A stretch of DNA of 32,485 bases from Cyanobacteria bacterium UBA1186 (GCA_002309875.1 DBYM01000004.1:2924-35408); one strand, 5' to 3'; shown: positions 7,096-17,679, numbered from the stretch's first letter. Made by a program: numbers and translations. The notes: a model not told the origin generated them from the sequence alone.

Positions 7096-8691
7096 TTAAG
7101 ATTCAAATAACTCGCTTATTTTATCCGCTATATCTTTAGGATCAATTTCCTGAGTAACTTTATTAATATCCTGCGCAGACTGATAGAGTTTAGCCGCTTC
7201 AACCTTATCCCCGACAATTGCAATGGACCTTGCCAAATTAAAGTGAGCAAGTGCATAACTCGGATTAGCCTCAATTGCTTTTCTAAAGAGTTCTATTGCC
7301 TTATTTACCCTGCCTAAATCGTCAAGATATATGACCCCTAAGTTATTATATGCAATATCGTAATTCGGATCATATTTAATAGCCAATTCATACGATTTTA
7401 TTGCTTCCTCAGTATCGGCCTTACCCCAATACAAAAAACCCAGGTTACAGTGTATTTTGGGATTGTGCGGCTGAAGTTCAAGAGCCTGCCTATATACAGT
7501 CAGGGCATTGTCATAATCCTCTTTATCATAGAATGCACTGCCAAGATTAACATAAATATCAATATCTTCAGGCGTAAGTACGTATGCAGTCTGATATGCA
7601 GAAATTGCAGCATCAGGGTCAGATTTATTTTCCTGATAAACAAAACCCATCGTTTGCGCAATTACACTAGTCCAAGAACGATTAGGATTAAGTGTTATTG
7701 CAGTCTGATAATTTGATATAGCCAGGTCAAATTCCCCTTTAATATAGTAAATATTGGCCACGTTAGAATACAAATCGGGAATATTCGGTGCCATCGCAAT
7801 CAGTTTGGTATAAACATCTATTGCCTGATTATAATCGCCCTGCTCCTCGTATGCCCTGCACAGGTGTCTGTATGCCGCAATATTAAATGCATCAAGCCAA
7901 ATAGCCATTTTATATTCGGTAATTGCGTCTTCGAAATAGCCCGTTGCCAGATAAATATCACCTAAAACGCAGTAAAGAGGGGCGAAGCCCGGGGCTTTTT
8001 CAGTGGCATCTGAGTACAGTTTTATCGCCTTACCATAATTTCTTAATTGTATTGCATAGAATCCGTTTATAAAAAGGAACAAAAAGCGTAAATAAGTTAC
8101 CGAACGCCATATATTTTTAACCGCTGTCTTATCGAACGGTATCAATAGTATTGATACTATCCTTTCATACAGGGATTTTAGTTTAACTCTTAAATTCTTG
8201 AATGATGCGGCATCATACAATTTGGATAAAAGATAATGCGAAGAAGATGCCCTCAGAGGTGAGCACTTAATAGCAGAGTCTGCGGCATCAATTGCATCAG
8301 TAAAATGAGCCTTTTTAACAAAAGTTTCTGCAATCATATAATATGCATCATAATATCTGTTCTTCTTCTCAAGTGCAGTTGTCAGGTAATTGAGAGCCTT
8401 ATCCAATTCCCCTTTATGATAAAAAGCAACTCCAAGTTTGTAATATATTTCAGGAGAATCAATTAAGGACTCCATTGCAAGTTGATACTCAGTTATTGCA
8501 TCATCAATATACTGACCGGAATTAAAAATATCCAAGTGCCATTCCAGATACAAATCGCCTAATCTGACGTGCAGCGATGCGTTTGAAGGGTCTTTCTGCA
8601 AGTCGATTTTACAGCGCTCAATCTGGTTATACATCTTGCTGTTTTTATGTACATCTGCAGTTTTATTTTCTTCTTCAGCTAATTTTTTCAT
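7096..8691 (-). CDS. Tetratricopeptide repeat protein
   Basis: Many 34-aa TPR units (e.g. YYKLGVAFYHKGELDKA, YVNLGSAFYDKEDYDNA, AYNNLGVIY, AHFNLA) and a hydrophobic central segment. ATG 8691 follows the upstream stop; the track start is 8703. Confidence 0.9.
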   Translation of the reverse strand: MKKLAEEENKTADVHKNSKMYNQIERCKIDLQKDPSNASLHVRLGDLYLEWHLDIFNSGQYIDDAITEYQLAMESLIDSPEIYYKLGVAFYHKGELDKALNYLTTALEKKNRYYDAYYMIAETFVKKAHFTDAIDAADSAIKCSPLRASSSHYLLSKLYDAASFKNLRVKLKSLYERIVSILLIPFDKTAVKNIWRSVTYLRFLFLFINGFYAIQLRNYGKAIKLYSDATEKAPGFAPLYCVLGDIYLATGYFEDAITEYKMAIWLDAFNIAAYRHLCRAYEEQGDYNQAIDVYTKLIAMAPNIPDLYSNVANIYYIKGEFDLAISNYQTAITLNPNRSWTSVIAQTMGFVYQENKSDPDAAISAYQTAYVLTPEDIDIYVNLGSAFYDKEDYDNALTVYRQALELQPHNPKIHCNLGFLYWGKADTEEAIKSYELAIKYDPNYDIAYNNLGVIYLDDLGRVNKAIELFRKAIEANPSYALAHFNLARSIAIVGDKVEAAKLYQSAQDINKVTQEIDPKDIADKISELFES

Positions 8692-8693
8692 GA

Positions 8694-9308
8694 CTATTCC
8701 CATTCTTCCGACATGTTCTCATACATGTACATATAATACAATAATGCTTGTTTGGCATTTTCTGTAATTGTAGTAAATACCGCCGTATATTCATTTTCAT
8801 ATATCGGGTCAATTTCACTGATTTCAGCCCTGAATTTTATTGTACCGTATCCCTCAGGTAAAATCAAAGCACAATCAATATTTTCACCTACTTCGAATTT
8901 TTTGTTAGAGTCAAATTTTATGTACTCCGTTGATAACTCAAACGTTCTTAACTTAATAATACCGTCGTTCTTAAATACCTCGAGTTTTTCTGTTGCTCTT
9001 GCAAAGGGGATTTCATCACCCGGAGTGAGTTTTAACGCATTATAATCCAATTCAATAAAAAAGACTTCATTATCCAAAGGCGAAGATATTACTATTGTAT
9101 TAAAATCTATTGTTCCCAACTTGGTAAATATCTTTGCAGTCAGTTCAGCGCCTTCATTAAAGAATTCAACATATCTCATGAAATATTGAGGCAACTGTAA
9201 TGCAAGCCTGTCGTCATAGACTTTCTCAATAATACAAGTCATTTCAACAATATTTGTTTCTTTTTGAAAGATTAATGCAATCTTTTGTCCTGCTGATATT
9301 AAGTCCAT
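8694..9308 (-). CDS. YcgR/PilZ-like protein (degenerate)
   Basis: N-terminal YcgR-like beta domain; the C-terminal barrel pattern F-x-VGE-x-I...L-x-LP...I...AEI...AVF-x-x-I-x-E-x-x-KQALL-x-YM is typical of PilZ. The RxxxR and DxSxxG motifs are absent. Confidence 0.55.
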   Translation of the reverse strand: MDLISAGQKIALIFQKETNIVEMTCIIEKVYDDRLALQLPQYFMRYVEFFNEGAELTAKIFTKLGTIDFNTIVISSPLDNEVFFIELDYNALKLTPGDEIPFARATEKLEVFKNDGIIKLRTFELSTEYIKFDSNKKFEVGENIDCALILPEGYGTIKFRAEISEIDPIYENEYTAVFTTITENAKQALLYYMYMYENMSEEWE

Positions 9309-9315
9309 AGTTATT

Positions 9316-9344
9316 ATTATAGATAATTATGCGTCAAAAGGCAA
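9316..9344 (-). promoter_or_regulatory. sigma70-type promoter, leaderless or near-leaderless, for the PilZ-like/TPR genes
   Basis: Minus strand TTGCCT (9344-9339), 17 nt, TATAAT (9321-9316). ATG 9308 follows after a 7-nt gap, with no SD. Confidence 0.55.
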
Positions 9345-9354
9345 CAAAAACTAT

Positions 9355-12300
9355 CTAATAGGGCATTTCTTCAACGAAAGCAGGAACTTTCGCATTTGGA
9401 GTTGGTAAATCCCTTTGTTTTAAAGATTTTTGCGAATATGAAATCCAGTTAAACAATTTAACAGATGAAGGTTTATCAATCACACCGTTAATGACAGAGC
9501 GGAACTCCTTAGTATTCTTCATAGGCAGTTGTGGAATTTTCTCATAATCTTCAACGGAAACGCTGCCCTTTGTTTCTTCACCCGTTAACATAATCATCAG
9601 TTTATTCAACGAGAATTCACCAAAGAAACCAAGCCCTGAAACAATTTCATCAGACAAACGCCCGAGTACTATCAGTTTACCGTAATCATTTTCAGGATTA
9701 TACTGTCCCTTTATAAACAATGACATCAAAGGCCCCTGAGACTGTATAAAGTTGATATTGGCAATGCCGTTCTGCACAGTTATGTCTCCCCTGAGATATT
9801 TGAATAATCCTGTATCTTTTAATGTTATTGCCTTTGTAATAACACTCAGAGATGTTCTCAGCATATTATCCGCTATTACGTTCTGCGCATACAGCAAATG
9901 CTCAAGTTTTCCTAACGAAGACATTCTGCCGTTGTGTATTTTGAATTTAATTTCTCCGTTTAAGGACTTTTTAGAATTCAGGTTCCCCTTAATTTTCGAA
10001 TCGAAATCCATTGTACCGCTTATTACATCATCTCTTGGAGAAACAATGTCAAATATCGGAGCAGCACTGACACCTCTTGCCATAATATTAGAATCAAAGT
10101 CTTCATCTTTAATATTAAACTGGAGATTTCCTGCCAATTTACCGTTATACGCTTCTGCGGAAATGTTTTTAAGACTGACAATATTATTAACCAAAGACAA
10201 ATCACTATTAACCTGAGCAAGATAGAGCGACGAGCCGTATATGCTTGCAGCAAGACGTTCCGAATAGAATTTACCTTCCTGAACAACAATGTCTGATAAT
10301 TTCATCATCGGACTGTCTTTATACATCAGGATTGTATCAGTATTCAAATACTTCGATTTGATGTTTATATTTTTGACTGTTAATTTATCCGCTATATCGG
10401 TCAAAAATACAGCATTCACGCCCACTGAAGAATCTCCGATTTTTACAAGCGGTGCATTGAGATTGGCAACGTTTTTATTAAAATCAACGTTACAGTTGGA
10501 TATCGACAACTGCGCGCCCTGATTAAAGAGATTAACTATTCCGAATTGTCCGATAATTTCAGGAGTTTTTATCGGTCCATTCAGGAATAAATCGCCTTTA
10601 GCCTGTATCATTGTATCGGCTATGTTCATATTTAGGGTTTGCGGAATCAGAATTCTTAAATTTTTAAATACAGGGTTATTAAAATCTTCAATATTACCGT
10701 TGATTACCAACTTTTTGCTGCCCTTAAGATTCGCTTTAAATTCGTTTGAAAATTTACCGCTGAAAGCAGAAATGCTTAAATCTTCAATTTTGACAGAATT
10801 CTTTTCGGATTTAGCCGATATATTTATAAGCGACGGCTCATCAAGAATATTCGTTTGTTCAACAAGTATCTGAGAATTTAAATTTTGTACGGCTTTGTTC
10901 CCGCCAAAAGTTATATTTAACGGGTACCTTGCGGAAATTGAATTTAAGAATTTTAAGTCTTTTGAATAAACCGCGCCATTAAGTGCCGAATTAAATATTA
11001 TTCCGTTATTACTGTAATTCAGAACATCACATTTTGCCGTAAGTTTTGAATTTGGCATATATATGCTTGTTTCCGGAATCGTTATACGATCGTGTTCAAT
11101 ATTAATCTTTAAAGACGGCATTTTAATTATTTCTGAAAATTCGGTCTTGCATAAAATATTGCTTATATTTGCACTGTTACTTTTGTTTGTATCCAAATTT
11201 ACAGAATCAGCCGATAACTCAAATTTGTCATTGATGACTTTAAGGTTATCAATATGCAAATTCTCTTTATGAACAATATTATCAAGTGTTCCGGTAAAAT
11301 TAGCAGCGAGCGATAGAATCCCGTTTTTGACTCCCCAGGATTCAGGACATAAATCAGCCAGAGCAACCTTGTCCATTATGGCTTCAACGTTAATATCTTT
11401 ACTGATTACCCCTTTTGCAAAGATCGGAGACTTATCCACATAGCCTGTTGCATTTACAATATTTATTGAATTACCTGAGAAATCGATGTCTGAATTTATC
11501 TTATCTATCTTTAATCCCGAGGCCTTTACTGATGCATTTGTTACCTTCATATATCCGTTTGATTTAATTTTATTAAGGTCGCCTTTTAAGGTGAAATTAG
11601 CATTTAGGCCTCCGTTAAGCGAATCAATTCCTTTGAATTTAGAGAAATTCGTTAAGATTTTCAGTTTTTTATACATTGTATTCAGGTCGATATCATCTGT
11701 CTTAACCTTCAAATCTACAATCGGTTTATCCGAAGTGTTCACATAGCCTTCAATATAAACCTTATTCTCTCCCTGAGCATATATATTAGACAGAACACTT
11801 GCCTTATCCCCAAGAAAAGTAACATATATAAAACTTTTAGGATTTCTGTGTCCGTAATCAAGCACAGACATATTATCAATATTGATTAAACCGTTTGTTT
11901 GGGTTTCACCGTCTGCGTTTTTCTTTATTTTTAAATCTGCTATTACATCAGTATGGAAATCCAATTCCTTAATCTGGCTTATAAATGATTCAAAATCAAT
12001 TTTCGCATTATCAACACTGCCCTGAAGTTCAAATCTCGGCAAAACAGCAACATCATAACCTATATGTTTCTTGTCATTGATACTAAAATCACCCTGTGCT
12101 TTAACCTGAAAATTTTTGTAATTTATTAATTTACGTGACTCAAAGTTTTGCCCTTTCAGGTTGTATTTATCACCATTCCTGAAGTTGTTATATGTTATAG
12201 AGTATTCTTTAAGTTTAATGTTCGGGATTTCCGAGAACGGCTTTTCTTCAAGTTTACTGAGTAAGTCCGGCAAATATTTGTCATTCGAATTTACTCTTAC

Positions 12301-12627
12301 ATTGAGTTTCTTTGCAACAATTTTATTTATTACCGGTTTCTTTTTGGCCACAGATGACCATGGAATATAGAATTTTACGATATCAAACTGAGAGAATTTT
12401 TGTCCGTCCTGATACATTACGTGCATAACAGGCGCTTTTACCTTTATTTGAGGGCCTATACGTAAAATTAATTTTTCAATATGGACATCGACACCGAATT
12501 CGTTCTTAACCTGTTCTTCTACGGTTGGAATAAAACTCGAAATACCAATCGGGACAAAACATATCGTAACAAATGCCGCTATAACCAATAAAATTGCTAT
12601 TATATATTTGCTATATTTTTTCATCAT
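9355..12627 (-). CDS. AsmA-like / TamB-YhdP-type large periplasmic beta-taco protein
   Basis: 1090 aa with an N-terminal TM anchor, long amphipathic beta-strand repeats, AYNGKLAG...SLNGEIKFKIHNG and an AsmA C-terminal-like region (LRGDITVQNGIA...GQYN). Confidence 0.7.
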   Translation of the reverse strand: MMKKYSKYIIAILLVIAAFVTICFVPIGISSFIPTVEEQVKNEFGVDVHIEKLILRIGPQIKVKAPVMHVMYQDGQKFSQFDIVKFYIPWSSVAKKKPVINKIVAKKLNVRVNSNDKYLPDLLSKLEEKPFSEIPNIKLKEYSITYNNFRNGDKYNLKGQNFESRKLINYKNFQVKAQGDFSINDKKHIGYDVAVLPRFELQGSVDNAKIDFESFISQIKELDFHTDVIADLKIKKNADGETQTNGLINIDNMSVLDYGHRNPKSFIYVTFLGDKASVLSNIYAQGENKVYIEGYVNTSDKPIVDLKVKTDDIDLNTMYKKLKILTNFSKFKGIDSLNGGLNANFTLKGDLNKIKSNGYMKVTNASVKASGLKIDKINSDIDFSGNSINIVNATGYVDKSPIFAKGVISKDINVEAIMDKVALADLCPESWGVKNGILSLAANFTGTLDNIVHKENLHIDNLKVINDKFELSADSVNLDTNKSNSANISNILCKTEFSEIIKMPSLKINIEHDRITIPETSIYMPNSKLTAKCDVLNYSNNGIIFNSALNGAVYSKDLKFLNSISARYPLNITFGGNKAVQNLNSQILVEQTNILDEPSLINISAKSEKNSVKIEDLSISAFSGKFSNEFKANLKGSKKLVINGNIEDFNNPVFKNLRILIPQTLNMNIADTMIQAKGDLFLNGPIKTPEIIGQFGIVNLFNQGAQLSISNCNVDFNKNVANLNAPLVKIGDSSVGVNAVFLTDIADKLTVKNINIKSKYLNTDTILMYKDSPMMKLSDIVVQEGKFYSERLAASIYGSSLYLAQVNSDLSLVNNIVSLKNISAEAYNGKLAGNLQFNIKDEDFDSNIMARGVSAAPIFDIVSPRDDVISGTMDFDSKIKGNLNSKKSLNGEIKFKIHNGRMSSLGKLEHLLYAQNVIADNMLRTSLSVITKAITLKDTGLFKYLRGDITVQNGIANINFIQSQGPLMSLFIKGQYNPENDYGKLIVLGRLSDEIVSGLGFFGEFSLNKLMIMLTGEETKGSVSVEDYEKIPQLPMKNTKEFRSVINGVIDKPSSVKLFNWISYSQKSLKQRDLPTPNAKVPAFVEEMPY

Positions 12628-12634
12628 TCACTTC

Positions 12635-13675
12635 TTATTTATACAAAATATTTAAACCGCTGTCGTTGTCAAAATAATACATATCCTTTTCGGATATATG
12701 CAATTCGACGAAATCTGAGCAAGGATAATCTATCGGAACTTTAGCAACACATTTCGCACCGTTCATATTAAAATAGATATTCCGCTCCCCGCCACTCATT
12801 TCAACAATATCAGCATTTACATTAACAGTCTTATCTCCACAAATCATCTTTTCGGCCCTTATACCGACAGTAAGTCTTTTTTGAGTTATATTATCAGGCA
12901 GCACAAATTCAACATCATTAATTTTTATTTTACCGCCGACATTTTCAACTTCAATAAAGTTCATAGTACCAATAAATCCTGCAACAAATTTGTTTTTAGG
13001 ATTATTGTATATTTCCTCAGGCGTAGCCGACTGTTGTATAACACCTTTATCCAAAACAACTATTCTGTCGCCCATAGTCAGTGCCTCAGTTTGATCATGA
13101 GTTACATATACGAAAGTCGTTTCCAATTTCTTATGCAAACGTTTAATTTCTGTTCTCATCTGAACTCTTAAGTTCGCATCAAGGTTTGATAACGGTTCGT
13201 CCATTAAAAAGACTTTTGGGTTTCTCACAATAGCCCTGCCCAAAGCAACACGCTGACGTTGTCCGCCCGATAACTGTTTGGGTTTTCTGTCAAGCAAATC
13301 TTCCAAATTTAAAGCCTTTGCCGCTTCTCTAACCTTTTCATCTATCGTTGTTTTGTCGTATTTACGCATCTTTAGACCAAATGCGATATTATCATATACA
13401 TTCATATGCGGATAAAGTGCATAACTCTGAAAAACAAATGCAATATCTCTGTCCTTCGGTAACACATTATTTACCTTTTTATCGTCAATAAATATTTCTC
13501 CGCCCGTAATATCTTCTAATCCTGCAATCAGACGCAAAATGGTTGATTTTCCGCAGCCTGACGAGCCGACAAGGACTATAAATTCTTTATCATTAATCTC
13601 CAGGTTAATGTTATCAATGATATTTCTTTTGCCGTCATAACTTTTTACAAGATTTTTTAAAATTAATTTACTCAT
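12635..13675 (-). CDS. CUT1 sugar ABC transporter ATP-binding subunit (MalK/UgpC/MsmX type)
   Basis: GSSGCGKST Walker A; [11 protein letters not shown]; [14 protein letters not shown]; [11 protein letters not shown]; YVTHDQTEA; C-terminal TOBE region. Confidence 0.95.
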   Translation of the reverse strand: MSKLILKNLVKSYDGKRNIIDNINLEINDKEFIVLVGSSGCGKSTILRLIAGLEDITGGEIFIDDKKVNNVLPKDRDIAFVFQSYALYPHMNVYDNIAFGLKMRKYDKTTIDEKVREAAKALNLEDLLDRKPKQLSGGQRQRVALGRAIVRNPKVFLMDEPLSNLDANLRVQMRTEIKRLHKKLETTFVYVTHDQTEALTMGDRIVVLDKGVIQQSATPEEIYNNPKNKFVAGFIGTMNFIEVENVGGKIKINDVEFVLPDNITQKRLTVGIRAEKMICGDKTVNVNADIVEMSGGERNIYFNMNGAKCVAKVPIDYPCSDFVELHISEKDMYYFDNDSGLNILYK

Positions 13676-13691
13676 AACTCTCCACGATACA

Positions 13692-14777
13692 TTAAACCTG
13701 CGGTATCAGCATATTGAAACTTGTACTCTTCAATATCTTGGATTCAACCCAGAAATCGCCTCTCAAAGCCTGTACAAGATTCTTTACGCAGGCAAGAGTC
13801 ATCGCTCTTAACAAGTTCTTTCTGTTTGCACTGTCAATCACTCTGTACGGGTCAAACAGCCCCTCCAAATCACTCTCTGAAAACAGCAGTGAACTGCAGG
13901 ATATCGATATATAAAACGGATTAATTCCTTTAAAATTTTTAACCTTTAAAAAGTCTTCATCAGGAATTGAAAGTTTTATTGTTATATCGCCCATCTCTAT
14001 TGTTCTTAATACAACCTCAAGCAGATTCTGAAGAATTGCCCTGAGCATATTGTCATCTGTTGATATTATACCCTTTGCGCCTTCATCAGCACTGATATCC
14101 CACCTTATTTCTTTACCTTTATACAACTGCTCATTATACTTAACTACCGAATTTATCAGATTTAAAGCATCGAATTTCTTACTTTCCGGAACGGGAAGTG
14201 CCGACTCTGTCTGAGAAAGTTCGATAAGTTTTGATACAAAGTACATAAGGTCAGTCGAATTTTTTCTTATGATATTAAGATATTTCTCCTGCTGAGAAGA
14301 CATATTACCGCCCAAACCGTCAGCCATTGCCTGTGAAAACCCAATTATAGACTGAAGCGGGGCTTTAAAATCGTTGGAAAGTTTTGAGAGAAAAATATTC
14401 TTTTCTCTGTTTACGGGAGTGTCAATATTTTCGCAAACTGTGTCTTCTTCGGACTCCTTTACCGTATCCCTGAAATCAAATACATAACCTTCGTTAATTT
14501 CTTTTACCGTGGTATCGAAATACATCTCCTTACCCGTACATTTTGTTATAAACGGTTTATTTAAAGAAATTGCATTGATTGCCAAATTTATCGGATTTTC
14601 AATGAAATCGGATATATTTGAGGTCATCAGATTTATTTTGGAAGTCTCAAATATCTCGGACGCTTTCTCGTTCACCCATTGTATTTTTCCGTCTTTAGCA
14701 CAAAAAACTATCGCATCAGGCAAGGCTTTTTCAACATCAATCTCAGTTGTCTTAAATAAAATTTTCTTAAAATCCAT
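13692..14777 (-). CDS. PAS-domain histidine-kinase-like protein, probably a catalytically dead pseudokinase
   Basis: PAS (LPDAIV...DGKIQWVN-x-x-ASEIF); HisKA-like [20 protein letters not shown] with Asn in place of the phospho-His; degenerate HATPase. AAGGA precedes ATG 14777 (track start GTG 14813). Confidence 0.75.
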   Translation of the reverse strand: MDFKKILFKTTEIDVEKALPDAIVFCAKDGKIQWVNEKASEIFETSKINLMTSNISDFIENPINLAINAISLNKPFITKCTGKEMYFDTTVKEINEGYVFDFRDTVKESEEDTVCENIDTPVNREKNIFLSKLSNDFKAPLQSIIGFSQAMADGLGGNMSSQQEKYLNIIRKNSTDLMYFVSKLIELSQTESALPVPESKKFDALNLINSVVKYNEQLYKGKEIRWDISADEGAKGIISTDDNMLRAILQNLLEVVLRTIEMGDITIKLSIPDEDFLKVKNFKGINPFYISISCSSLLFSESDLEGLFDPYRVIDSANRKNLLRAMTLACVKNLVQALRGDFWVESKILKSTSFNMLIPQV

Positions 14778-14913
14778 ATTACAATCCTTAAAACTACAGA
14801 CATATTTTAACACAAAAGAAGTATAAACGATTGAGTTTTATTAAAAAATAGTTAAGTTTATTAATAAAACGTAATTTTTATATTAATATGCTAGTATAAG
14901 GACTTGTACGATT

Positions 14914-15963
14914 ATGAAATATAAAGATTATTACGAAACACTTGGCGTAAAACGTGAGGCAACAGAGGCCGAAATCAAATCGGCATATCGTAAACTTGCC
15001 AGAAAATACCACCCCGACGTAAATAAAACTAAAGAAGCAGAAGAGAAATTTAAAGAAATAAATGAAGCATACGAAGTGCTCGGAGATAAAGCAAAACGGC
15101 AAAGATATGACAGTCTTGGCGCGAATTGGCAGGGAGGTGCAGATTACACTCCCCCTCCGGGGTTTGAAAACTTCAGTTTTAATTTTGGGCAGGGAGGTAA
15201 TGCTCAGGGATTTGATTTTGGCGGAGCAGGCGGCTTCTCTGATTTCTTTGCATCATTATTTGGCGACATGATGAGCGGAGGAACAGCATCAAGAACTACC
15301 TCACAGAGTTTTGGCGGATTTGATTTCGGCGGAATGAATATGGGTAATATGAATTCAGGCAGAACGTCCGCTAGGAAACAAGCACAAGCGGGAGAAAATT
15401 TAGATATAACAAAGACACTCAATATAACAGCAAAAGAAATTTTTGATAAAAAACCCGTAAGCATAAGTTATACTGAAATGGACAAGTGTCATAACTGCAA
15501 CGGGAACGGATATTGCTCTCATTGCGGGGGAACAGGATTTGTATCAACTCCTAAAACCGTAAAAGTTAAACTGCCTTCTGAAGTTAAGGAAGGTCAAAAA
15601 ATCCGTCTGAAAGGCGAGGGTAAAAACAACAGTTACGGGCAAAAAGGGGATTTATACCTGATTATACACATTAAAGACCCCGAATACGAAATCGACGGAT
15701 CAACCCTGACAAAAGAGGTTGAAATCACTCCTCCTGAGGCGGTGTTAGGCTGTTCTAAAGATATTCAAACTCTACATGGCAAAATCAACATAAAAATTCC
15801 GGCCGGAGTTTCAAGCGGACAAGCACTTAGGCTCAAAGGGCTCGGGCTGCCGGAAGGCAAGGGCTACGGGATATTAAATGCCAAGATAAAGATTGTAATT
15901 CCGAATAATTACAGTAAGGAAATTAAAGACCTTTACAAAAAGATAGGCGAACTAAGTCAATAA
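14914..15963 (+). CDS. DnaJ/CbpA-like J-domain co-chaperone
   Basis: KDYYETLGV...[12 protein letters not shown]-domain; G/F-rich region with FSDFF; two CxxCxGxG motifs; DnaJ_C ([10 protein letters not shown]...GDLYL...LRLKGLG). Confidence 0.93.
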   Translation: MKYKDYYETLGVKREATEAEIKSAYRKLARKYHPDVNKTKEAEEKFKEINEAYEVLGDKAKRQRYDSLGANWQGGADYTPPPGFENFSFNFGQGGNAQGFDFGGAGGFSDFFASLFGDMMSGGTASRTTSQSFGGFDFGGMNMGNMNSGRTSARKQAQAGENLDITKTLNITAKEIFDKKPVSISYTEMDKCHNCNGNGYCSHCGGTGFVSTPKTVKVKLPSEVKEGQKIRLKGEGKNNSYGQKGDLYLIIHIKDPEYEIDGSTLTKEVEITPPEAVLGCSKDIQTLHGKINIKIPAGVSSGQALRLKGLGLPEGKGYGILNAKIKIVIPNNYSKEIKDLYKKIGELSQ

Positions 15964-15965
15964 TA

Positions 15966-15999
15966 AAAATCGGAAGTTGAATACTTCCGATTTTGTTTT
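15966..15999. terminator. Intrinsic terminator between convergent genes, probably bidirectional
   Basis: AAAATCGGAAGT-TGAAT-ACTTCCGATTTT perfect 12-bp stem (15966-15994) with A and T runs on both sides. Confidence 0.8.
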
Positions 16000-16006
16000 A
16001 TGCAGA

Positions 16007-17533
16007 TTATAAAAATCTGTAGAAATTCTGTACCACTTTTGATAAGTCAACCGTAATAAAGAAGTCAGTCTGTCCGGTACCGTCTCTGTACGCCTGCAAA
16101 CCTGTTGAATTATCGGAGAACTTTTCGGCGCCCTCACGATAACTATCCCAGGCATGATTATCAGTGTAGTAACTTATCGTTTCAGTTACCCTTTTACCGT
16201 TATTTTCATATTGTATGCCCGCAGTCATTCTTGTTGTGTGTTTACTGTCACTTGAAGGTTCCTGCATAGCATTAATTGCGGCAGAATAGTAACTTATGCA
16301 CGCCTTTTCTGCCTTTGTAACCAAATCAGAATCATATGCTTGTGCCATCGATACCGAAATATCGTGTATTAAACTCTTAACATTTGCTATCGCTCTTGTC
16401 TTATATTTACTAAAGTCTTTACCGTATGCACCAAAATCAACCAATGCAACTGTCTGAGATTTTGTACCATTAATTAAATCCTGTAATGTTATATTCATTG
16501 AATCTGTCTGATGGAGATAATCTTCGCCCTCTCGTCTCTTGTCGTTTACATTGATACCTTTGCCTTTAACTGAAATTTGTACCTTTGATTTATCAACATT
16601 ATCAACTGAACTGTCTTTGACTATTTCGTCATTATTAACCGAATTTATCAATGATCCTTTAAAGTTAGCATTAAACTTATCGGTAACCTCTTCAACCGCA
16701 TTGGTCATATCTAAATACCAATTACGTCCCAATGTCCAATCCAGTTCATTTGTCAAATTATTATCAACTGCTTCTGATATAGCATCACCCAAAACACCCA
16801 TAACAGCATTGTTTGCTGCATCTGTATATTCAAGTCCTGCTTCTTCAAAACGTTTCTTAACCGCTTCAGTGAACTTGTCTTTTAAATCAATCGTAAGATT
16901 ATTTACGGCTATATACCTTGCCTGACTCCTACCTTTTTCTTCAGGTGTCAGTGCGTCAGAATACATAATATACAATTTTGAATTATTGTAATTTTTTACT
17001 TCATCAAGATTATCTTTTTGAATATCTAGGTCTTCAAAATTAGAGATTGCTTTCTTGTAATCAATTTTTTCCTGTTCTTTGTCTTTTTCAGGCTCAGGGT
17101 CTTTTATATCTTCCCCGTTTTTAACTTTGTCATAAGCATCTTGAAGCGCTACCTTAAAATCATCTGCAATAGTTGATGCTTTGCCTGTATATGAATTAAC
17201 CCAATTCTTAACGTAGTCTAAAATCTTATTGACTGCTTCGGGTAATTTTTCTGCGTCAAAATCATTTTCAAGATTGCTTTCGTAAGAATTCAATATCTCC
17301 TGCAATTCGGCTTCTTTTCTTCCGACTTTTGCCTCACTCCAGGACAATTCGCCGTCACCATTCAAATCTAATGTTGACAGTTCAAGAACATCTAGTCCTC
17401 CTGCGCTCTCTTTGTAAGCGGTAAATTCTTCCTGCGAAACCTTTTTGTTCTCGTCAGTATCCATCTCCTCAAATGTGCTCTGCGAGAAGTTTAGCGGTAT
17501 TTTCCACGCTGTTAATTTTCCGAAATCTGTCAT
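16007..17533 (-). CDS. Acidic hypothetical protein with an N-terminal EF-hand pair
   Basis: 508-aa ORF with AGGA SD. EF-loop patterns DTDENKKVSQEEF and DLNGDGELSWSEA. The rest is unrecognised. Confidence 0.7.
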   Translation of the reverse strand: MTDFGKLTAWKIPLNFSQSTFEEMDTDENKKVSQEEFTAYKESAGGLDVLELSTLDLNGDGELSWSEAKVGRKEAELQEILNSYESNLENDFDAEKLPEAVNKILDYVKNWVNSYTGKASTIADDFKVALQDAYDKVKNGEDIKDPEPEKDKEQEKIDYKKAISNFEDLDIQKDNLDEVKNYNNSKLYIMYSDALTPEEKGRSQARYIAVNNLTIDLKDKFTEAVKKRFEEAGLEYTDAANNAVMGVLGDAISEAVDNNLTNELDWTLGRNWYLDMTNAVEEVTDKFNANFKGSLINSVNNDEIVKDSSVDNVDKSKVQISVKGKGINVNDKRREGEDYLHQTDSMNITLQDLINGTKSQTVALVDFGAYGKDFSKYKTRAIANVKSLIHDISVSMAQAYDSDLVTKAEKACISYYSAAINAMQEPSSDSKHTTRMTAGIQYENNGKRVTETISYYTDNHAWDSYREGAEKFSDNSTGLQAYRDGTGQTDFFITVDLSKVVQNFYRFL

Positions 17534-17650
17534 ATCCTAATCCTTTTTCTTTATTCTTTATTATGCTTAACGGCATAATTTGGCTAAAACTTTAATGCAA
17601 AAACATAAAATTTTACAATTCTTTACAATTAATTTTTTGATGTAAATATC

Positions 17651-17679
17651 TTGACACTAATATGGTTTATGGTGACAAT
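17651..17679 (+). promoter_or_regulatory. sigma70-type promoter of the gcv operon
   Basis: TTGACA (17651-17656), 17 nt, GACAAT (17674-17679). GGGAG SD before ATG 17703. Confidence 0.55.

Noticed and set aside
8139-8157. Palindrome GTATCAATA-G-TATTGATAC in the TPR gene
   Set aside because: Isolated, with a different geometry from the TATNG-ANN-CNATA family, so it cannot be supported as functional.
11432-11440. Perfect DnaA box TTATCCACA
   Set aside because: Single copy inside a CDS, which is plausible by chance.
15187-15194. KOPS-like GGGCAGGG
   Set aside because: Single copy explained by Gly-Gln-Gly codons. It points away from the dif-like site, and KOPS sequences are lineage-specific.
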